Source: Candidatus Bathyarchaeia archaeon
GTDB lineage: Archaea > Thermoproteota > Bathyarchaeia > Bathyarchaeales > Bathycorpusculaceae
Length of the DNA stretch: 64,000 bases
Assembly: GCA_038883795.1 (NCBI GenBank)
Contig: JAVZLK010000001.1
Coordinates: 160,001 to 224,000 of the forward strand
Reading direction: 5' to 3'
Under the pieces are notes generated by a model that saw only the letters and a program-made list of their open reading frames with translations, had not been told where the DNA came from and made no database searches. The position numbers and the translations under genes were made by a program. This document shows positions 58,010 through 64,000 of the stretch, piece by piece. Within the stretch, counting starts at the first letter, position 1. Each line of letters begins with the position of its first letter.

Positions 58010-58381
58010 TTGTTTGAGGAGAATTTGTTGGGTAGGATTGTTGGTTATTGTGGAATAGTTTGTTCTGATTGTCCCGTTTTCATTGCCACGGTGAGGAATG
58101 ATAGTGTTGAAAGAAGGCGGGTGGCTGAGCTTTTTACTAGGCAGTATGGTAGGGAATACAAGCCCGGGGATATTAACTGTGATGGTTGTTTAAGCGATAG
58201 TCCACGCATTTTCCACCACTGTAATGTTTGTGAAATAAGAAAATGTGGAATGGAGAAGATGGTTGAGAACTGTGGTTTCTGTAAAGAGTATCCATGTGAG
58301 AAGCTTTCTAAATTGTTTGCTGAATATTCTAAAGCAAAGGAAACTTTAGATGCGATAAGACGTGAACGTGGCATTGTTTAA
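58010..58381 (+). CDS. DUF3795-family Cys-rich protein
   Basis: YCGIVCSDC, CDGC, C..C.IRKC, CGFCKEYPC. Confidence 0.85.
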   Translation: MFEENLLGRIVGYCGIVCSDCPVFIATVRNDSVERRRVAELFTRQYGREYKPGDINCDGCLSDSPRIFHHCNVCEIRKCGMEKMVENCGFCKEYPCEKLSKLFAEYSKAKETLDAIRRERGIV

Positions 58382-58423
58382 AAGCGAGTGATTGCAGTCA
58401 TGAGTTAGTTTAGGTGCGCTTTT

Positions 58424-58720
58424 TTATAAGATGTGTTTTTGTAACCTTAACTCGTCTCTGATTGGTAGTCCGCCTATCCCTTTTAAGATCATGCCATGTT
58501 TCTCCGCTATAACGTTTTGTTTTATTTCGTAAATCTGAAAGCCTATGCTTTGGTAAAATGCTAAGGCTGGCAAATCATCATTTGATGTTGAAACAAGCAA
58601 TTTTTTCTTGCATAATCGTTTAGCTTCCTCTTCAACTTTTTCTACCAGGCTTTTGCCTATGTTTAAATTTTGGTATTGGGGAAGCACCCCCAGAGCCACG
58701 ATTATGATGCTTTGCTCCAA
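58424..58720 (-). pseudogene. 5'-truncated GNAT acetyltransferase
   Basis: Begins at strand beta4 (IVALGVLPQYQNLNIG); N-terminal half missing; TSNDDLPALAFYQ. Confidence 0.65.
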
Positions 58721-58946
58721 TGTAAGTTTTAGACTGTTATATGGTTGTTAACATAATTTTATGTTTGCTGTTTTGCTAAATTGGATAGTCTTTTTCATGT
58801 TGGTTTGGAAGGTTTTCTTTTGTAATAGGGACCTACCCTCTCTAGTTTTAAGGCGGTGTTAGAATTGATTGCCTTCTGCAACAAACAAAATTGTGTTAAA
58901 AAGCTATATAACGAGAAAGTTTCAGTATTGCTAGAAAGTTTGAGGT

Positions 58947-59477
58947 GTGGTGGCGATGTGCGTTTTGGGTAAGGATAAGCTTAAGGAGCTTATTGAGAAG
59001 TATAAGTGCATATATCCATACGATTATAATTTGCTTGATGGAGACAGCTACGTTTTAACAGTGAAGGAGGAGACTACGCTTAACTATTTGGAGCATAAAA
59101 ACCTAATAACCTATGAAATTGTTTTTGTTCCACCAGATTTTGTGGCGCATTTGACGGCTAAAAGCAAATACGGCAGAATGGGCTTGTCCTTTTTGAATGC
59201 TGCAAAGGTTCACAGCGGTTTTGTAGGAAGACTTGCTTTGGAACTTGTGAACTTGAGCAATGACCGTTGTCCCATCACAATTAAGCGTGGAGATCCCTTT
59301 ATGCACATAGAATTTGTAACACGTGAGGGTGCACCTTCTCCGTATACTGGGGAGTATCAATTTCAGTATTTGACGGATGAGGAAATGCAAATGTATATTC
59401 CAATTTTGAAGAAGGTTTTTCCAAACTATGATGAACTCGCAAAGGCATGGTTCAAAAACAAGCGGCTACCGCCCTAA
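58947..59477 (+). CDS. dcd: dCTP deaminase / trimeric dUTPase-fold protein (divergent)
   Basis: AKSKYGRMG, VHSGFVGRLALELVN, PYTGEYQ.Q. Confidence 0.8.
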   Translation: MVAMCVLGKDKLKELIEKYKCIYPYDYNLLDGDSYVLTVKEETTLNYLEHKNLITYEIVFVPPDFVAHLTAKSKYGRMGLSFLNAAKVHSGFVGRLALELVNLSNDRCPITIKRGDPFMHIEFVTREGAPSPYTGEYQFQYLTDEEMQMYIPILKKVFPNYDELAKAWFKNKRLPP

Positions 59478-59602
59478 AATGAAGTTTTAGAGTCTAACTT
59501 TGATTTTTAAAATTGATTTTGAATTCATAACTTTAATCAAAAAGGGTGCTCAACAAATTGTTTAAATACCACGGTTATGGTATGCAAAAGAGAGGATTTA
59601 AA

Positions 59603-60121
59603 ATGCGTGCGCGCAATTACAGAGCCGCCAAAGGGCAACCCTACACTAGAAAAGAGTTTGTGAAGGGGTTTCCTCCGCCTAAAATAACCAAGTTCACTAT
59701 GGGAGATACTAAAGCAAAGTTCGAGTATGAAGCCAAACTTATAGCCTTGGAAAGGGCTCAAATTCGCCACAACGCCTTGGAAGCGGCTCGGGTGGCAATA
59801 AACCGTGTTTTAATGGACAAGCTTGCAAACAATTATCGTTTGCATATTCATCCTTACCCCCATGTTATTCTTAGAGAGAATAAAATGATTTTTGGCGCCC
59901 ACGCAGACCGTCTTCAAGATGGTATGAGGAGGGCTTTTGGAAAACCCATTGGAACGGCGGCACGAATAGAACCTAACCAAACAATTGCTACAGTAAATGT
60001 GAATGCAGATGGCATTGACGCTGCCAAAGAAGCCTTGAGGCGTGGGAGCGCCAAACTTCCGATTCCATGTAGAATAATAATTGAAAAATCACCAGTGGAA
60101 GAGGTGAAAACAGTTGGGTGA
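59603..60121 (+). CDS. rpl10e: 50S ribosomal protein uL16 (L10e)
   Basis: QIRHNALEAAR, ADRLQDGMRRAFGKP, KLP. Confidence 0.96.
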   Translation: MRARNYRAAKGQPYTRKEFVKGFPPPKITKFTMGDTKAKFEYEAKLIALERAQIRHNALEAARVAINRVLMDKLANNYRLHIHPYPHVILRENKMIFGAHADRLQDGMRRAFGKPIGTAARIEPNQTIATVNVNADGIDAAKEALRRGSAKLPIPCRIIIEKSPVEEVKTVG

Positions 60122-62585
60122 AATGCGAAAAGATTTAGTCATATGGTTTGAAAACCTAAGAAGAACAGACATTCCACTAGTCGGCGGCAAAAATGCAAAC
60201 CTTGGCGAAATGACAAGTGCTGGTATACCCGTCCCACCAGGTTTTGCCATAACAGCTTATTCCTACAAAAAATTCATAGAAGAAACTGGGATAGCCTCGA
60301 AAATTTATGAGATTATAGGAAAAACCGTTACAAATCCAAGCGACCCTGCGCAGTACGAGATAGCTTCTAAGAAGATTCGTGAACTTATAGAGTCAACGCC
60401 TATGCCGAAAGAAATTGAGAATGCCATTAAATCCGCTTATGAAGAGTTATGCAAAAAACTTGGAGTGAAAGAGGTTTTTGTGGCTGTGCGTTCAAGCGCC
60501 ACCGCCGAAGACCTTCCAGACGCTTCCTTTGCTGGGCAGCAAGAGACATACTTGAATGTTAAAGGCGTTGGCGAGGTTCTTGAGAAGACTGTTAAGTGTT
60601 GGTCAAGTCTTTTCACACCGAGGGCGATTTTCTATAGAACTGAAAAAGGCTTTGCTCATGAAAGAGTTCTAATAAGTGTTGGAGTTCAAAAAATGGTTAA
60701 TTCTAAGGCTGCAGGCGTAATTTTCACAATAAACCCCGTTACGGGAGACCCCAACCAAATAGTTATCGAGGGCAATTATGGTTTGGGAGAGGCTGTTGTT
60801 TCTGGAGCTGTAACACCTGACGATTTTATCGTTGATAAGAATACTATGAAGATAATTGAGAAGCGTATATCAAAGAAGAAAGTGCAATATCTTCGCGACC
60901 CAACCACTGGTAAAACGGTTCATGTAGAAGTGCCTTTGGAAAAGCAAGAGCAGCCGTGCTTAACGGATGAAGAAGTTCTTAAGCTTGCTGAATTGGCAAA
61001 ACGCATTGAAAGGCATTATGGGAAACCTCAAGACATTGAATGGGCAATTGACAGCGATTTACCCTTCCCAAACAACGTTTTCATAGTCCAATCCAGACCT
61101 GAAACTGTTTGGAGCCTAAAAATGGCGGAAATACCGAAAGTGGAAGCTGCGGCAATTAAGCCAACTGAAGAGTTAAAAGTTGTCGTTAAAGGAATTGCGG
61201 CTGGCAAAAGAGGCTTCGGATTAGGCAAGGCAAAAGTTGTTTTAAACCCCCAAGAGGCTGCAAAGGTTATGCAGAAAGGTGACATCCTCGTCACCGACAT
61301 GACTAACCCCGATTATGTGCCTTTCATGAAGCTTGCAAGCGCCATAGTCACAGACAAAGGCGGAGTAACATGCCACGCAGCCATTGTAAGCCGAGAGCTT
61401 GGCATACCATGTGTTGTGGGAACGGAAAATGCTACAAAGCTAATGGTGAGTGGCAAAGAATACACGGTAGATTCGCGAAGCGGTGTCGTTTATGAAGGGA
61501 TAATTCCAACCCTAACAGAGCAGCTTTCATCAGCCTCCGGAGTTTCTTCTCCATCACAAACCGTTGTGGCTGGAAGTTTCCAGTCCGTGCCAGTAACGGC
61601 GACGAAGATTTACATGAATTTAGGTGTGCCGGAAAAAATTGAGGAATACAAAGACTTGCCTTTTGAAGGAATAGGGCTTATGCGCATCGAATTCATTCTA
61701 GCCAGCTACATAGGCGAACACCCACTATATCTCATTGAAACTGGACAATCCCAGAAATTCGTGGACAAACTTGCGGAGGGAATAGCAACTGTCGCAAGGG
61801 CTATCCAACCACGCCCCGTTGTTGTGCGTTTCAGCGACTTTAAAACAAATGAGTATAGAGAGTTGAAAGGCGGCGAAAAATACGAAATTGTGGAAGCAAA
61901 CCCCATGCTTGGCTGGAGAGGATGCAGCCGTTACATAAGCCCATGGTATGAAAAAGCGTTTAGGCTTGAGTGCCAAGCAATAGTGAAATGCCGCAAAGAA
62001 TGGGGGCTCAAAAACGTCTGGGTTATGCTTCCTGTTGTGCGCACTGTTTGGGAAGCCAAAAAAGTCTTGGAAATCATGCGTGAAGAAGGATTAGAAAGGT
62101 CAAAAGACTTTAAAGTTTGGTTTATGGCTGAAACTCCCTCAATCGCCATACTCGCCGATGAATTTTCAAAGCTCTGCGATGGCTTCTCCATAGGCTCGAA
62201 CGACATGACCCAAGGCATATTAATGATTGACAGAGACTCCGAACGCCTCGGGCAAATGGGATACTTTGACGAAAGAGACCCTGCCGTAAAAAGAATAATT
62301 GCCCACCTAATCAAAGTGGCTCATGAAAACGGTGCCACGGTTTCCATATGCGGCGAAGGGCCATCAAATCTGCCCGACTTTGCAGAGTTTCTTGTTAGAG
62401 CGGGAATTGATAGCATATCCGTAAATAATGATGCTGTGGTTGCAACGAAAAAACTTGTGGCAAGTATAGAGCAGAAGATAATCTTGGAGCAGCTTGCGGA
62501 ACAGAAGGAAAGAGCTTTTGGGCGTGCGGTTCGAAAACCGAAAGAAGATTGGGAATGGTCGCCGCAGTGGGGCGAAACAGAATAG
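60114..62585 (+). CDS. ppsA: phosphoenolpyruvate synthase
   Basis: GGKNANLGE, RSSATAED, TCHAAIVSRE phospho-His, NPMLGWRG, SIGSND. Confidence 0.97.
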   Translation: MGEMRKDLVIWFENLRRTDIPLVGGKNANLGEMTSAGIPVPPGFAITAYSYKKFIEETGIASKIYEIIGKTVTNPSDPAQYEIASKKIRELIESTPMPKEIENAIKSAYEELCKKLGVKEVFVAVRSSATAEDLPDASFAGQQETYLNVKGVGEVLEKTVKCWSSLFTPRAIFYRTEKGFAHERVLISVGVQKMVNSKAAGVIFTINPVTGDPNQIVIEGNYGLGEAVVSGAVTPDDFIVDKNTMKIIEKRISKKKVQYLRDPTTGKTVHVEVPLEKQEQPCLTDEEVLKLAELAKRIERHYGKPQDIEWAIDSDLPFPNNVFIVQSRPETVWSLKMAEIPKVEAAAIKPTEELKVVVKGIAAGKRGFGLGKAKVVLNPQEAAKVMQKGDILVTDMTNPDYVPFMKLASAIVTDKGGVTCHAAIVSRELGIPCVVGTENATKLMVSGKEYTVDSRSGVVYEGIIPTLTEQLSSASGVSSPSQTVVAGSFQSVPVTATKIYMNLGVPEKIEEYKDLPFEGIGLMRIEFILASYIGEHPLYLIETGQSQKFVDKLAEGIATVARAIQPRPVVVRFSDFKTNEYRELKGGEKYEIVEANPMLGWRGCSRYISPWYEKAFRLECQAIVKCRKEWGLKNVWVMLPVVRTVWEAKKVLEIMREEGLERSKDFKVWFMAETPSIAILADEFSKLCDGFSIGSNDMTQGILMIDRDSERLGQMGYFDERDPAVKRIIAHLIKVAHENGATVSICGEGPSNLPDFAEFLVRAGIDSISVNNDAVVATKKLVASIEQKIILEQLAEQKERAFGRAVRKPKEDWEWSPQWGETE

Positions 62586-62653
62586 ACAACTCTTTATTTC
62601 CTTGTTTTATTTAGTGCGTTTTAAATTTTAGTGGGCTTTTGGGTGTGGTGTAA

Positions 62654-63655
62654 ATGAAGCATTTTGATTTAGAAGAAGAAAGAGTTAAACAGGAAATCCT
62701 CAAACTTGGCGCAAAACGAGTACTAATTCAACTACCCGAAGGCTTGAAACCGGAAGCACCATACCTATCCAAAATTGTCGAAAAGGCTGGCGCATTACCA
62801 ATCGTTTCTGCAGACCCATGTTATGGTGCCTGTGATCTTGCATCAGCAGATGCTGAAGCCTTGGGCGTTGACTTAATCATTCATTACGGGCATTCGAAAA
62901 TGTTGCGGTATGAAAGGGTTCCAACAGTTTACATTGAAGCGAGGGCTACGCTAAATGTGGAAGACGTTGTTGAAAAAGCATTGCCCATGTTGGAAAAATG
63001 GCGTAAAATAGGTTTAACAACCACAGTTCAGCACGTGCAAACCCTTGATGTCGCTAGGGAAATGTTGCTGCGGGCTGGAAAAGTTGTGGCAATTGGCGAT
63101 GCTGGACGCCTAAACTATGCTGGGCAAGTTATTGGATGCAATTATAGCAACGCTAAGTCCATAGCGGATGGTGTTGAAGCCTTCCTTTTCATTGGTGGAG
63201 GGCGGTTCCATGCTTTAGGAGTTGCGCTTTCCACCTCAAAACCAACAATTATCGCTGACCCCTATGAGAAAAGAGTTTTTTCCGTGAATGAGGAAGCAGA
63301 GAAAATCGTTAAACAGCGTTGGGCAAGCATTCAAGAGGCAGAAAAAGCCAAAACTTTCGCAGTTTTGGTTGGATTAAAACCTGGACAAAGAAAACTTGAA
63401 GAAGCCTTAATGATTAAGGAGAAGCTTGAAGAAAAGGGAAAATTAGCCTACCTTTTAGCAGCTAAAGAAATTTCTCCAGAAATGCTCATGGAATTTCCTT
63501 CAGTCGACGCTTTTGTAAATACAGCGTGTCCAAGAGTTTCCATGGATGACTCTACGAGATTTAAGAAACCCTTATTGACGGTTAATGAGGCTTTGGTTGT
63601 TGTTGGAGAATTGTCATGGGAAGAATTATGCAGAAAAGGTTGGTTCGAAAACTAG
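62654..63655 (+). CDS. dph2: diphthamide biosynthesis enzyme Dph2
   Basis: QLPEGL, CYGACD, GQVIGC, ACPR. Confidence 0.95.
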   Translation: MKHFDLEEERVKQEILKLGAKRVLIQLPEGLKPEAPYLSKIVEKAGALPIVSADPCYGACDLASADAEALGVDLIIHYGHSKMLRYERVPTVYIEARATLNVEDVVEKALPMLEKWRKIGLTTTVQHVQTLDVAREMLLRAGKVVAIGDAGRLNYAGQVIGCNYSNAKSIADGVEAFLFIGGGRFHALGVALSTSKPTIIADPYEKRVFSVNEEAEKIVKQRWASIQEAEKAKTFAVLVGLKPGQRKLEEALMIKEKLEEKGKLAYLLAAKEISPEMLMEFPSVDAFVNTACPRVSMDDSTRFKKPLLTVNEALVVVGELSWEELCRKGWFEN

Positions 63656-64000
63656 ACCTAGAGCTTTTCCTTTCCCAAATTGAACCGCATCCAACCCCAA
63701 CACCGAGCCTGGAGCAATACACGGTTCCCGTGGATGTTGCGGCTACAATGCTTTACATGGCAGCCTACACATACAACGACATTATTGATAAAACAGTTTT
63801 GGATTTGGGATGCGGCACTGGAAGGCTTGCTCTCGGCGCCGCTTTCTTGGGTGCAAAACATGTTGTAGGCGTAGACATCGACAAAAATGCGGTTAAAATG
63901 GCTTTTGAAAATTCTTTGAAAGCGAATTTGAAGGAAAGAGTGTGTTGGATTAGTGGAGACATAGACACCATTCACGGAAACTTTGACACGGTATTACAGA
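63628..64000 (+). CDS. METTL5-like SAM methyltransferase (truncated by window edge)
   Basis: Manual translation ...PSLEQYTVP...VLDLGCGTGRLALGAAFLGA..VVGVDID. Confidence 0.9.
   Translation, partial: MQKRLVRKLDLELFLSQIEPHPTPTPSLEQYTVPVDVAATMLYMAAYTYNDIIDKTVLDLGCGTGRLALGAAFLGAKHVVGVDIDKNAVKMAFENSLKANLKERVCWISGDIDTIHGNFDTVLQ

Overview
A gene-dense archaeal chromosomal segment. It is most likely Bathyarchaeia/TACK-like, inferred from PolD together with Elf1, frequent TTG starts and DUF3795 paralogues. It contains the replication origin: cdc6/orc1 and four ORB boxes around an AT-rich core, flanked by the PolD subunits. Core genes include rpl3, rpl21e, rpl10e, eIF5A, srp54, pus10, rpo4, ksgA, nob1, dph2, porABCD, ppsA, glyA, nadE, nadK and ahcY. 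RNA genes are an intron-containing tRNA-Ser(CGA) and a C/D-box sRNA. Main unexplained structures: (1) a three-gene DNA-binding cluster beside oriC, including a membrane-anchored coiled-coil winged-helix protein, with TGTGAW heptamer arrays, a candidate origin-tethering or segregation system; (2) a ~240-nt structured leader with uORFs and switchable anti-SD pairing upstream of an MgtE-like operon; (3) a minimal SerK-CysK cysteine module with a tandem palindromic operator; (4) a small tRNA-anchored islet of micro-proteins; (5) genes that appear to need non-canonical start codons. All calls were made by eye; no searches were run.
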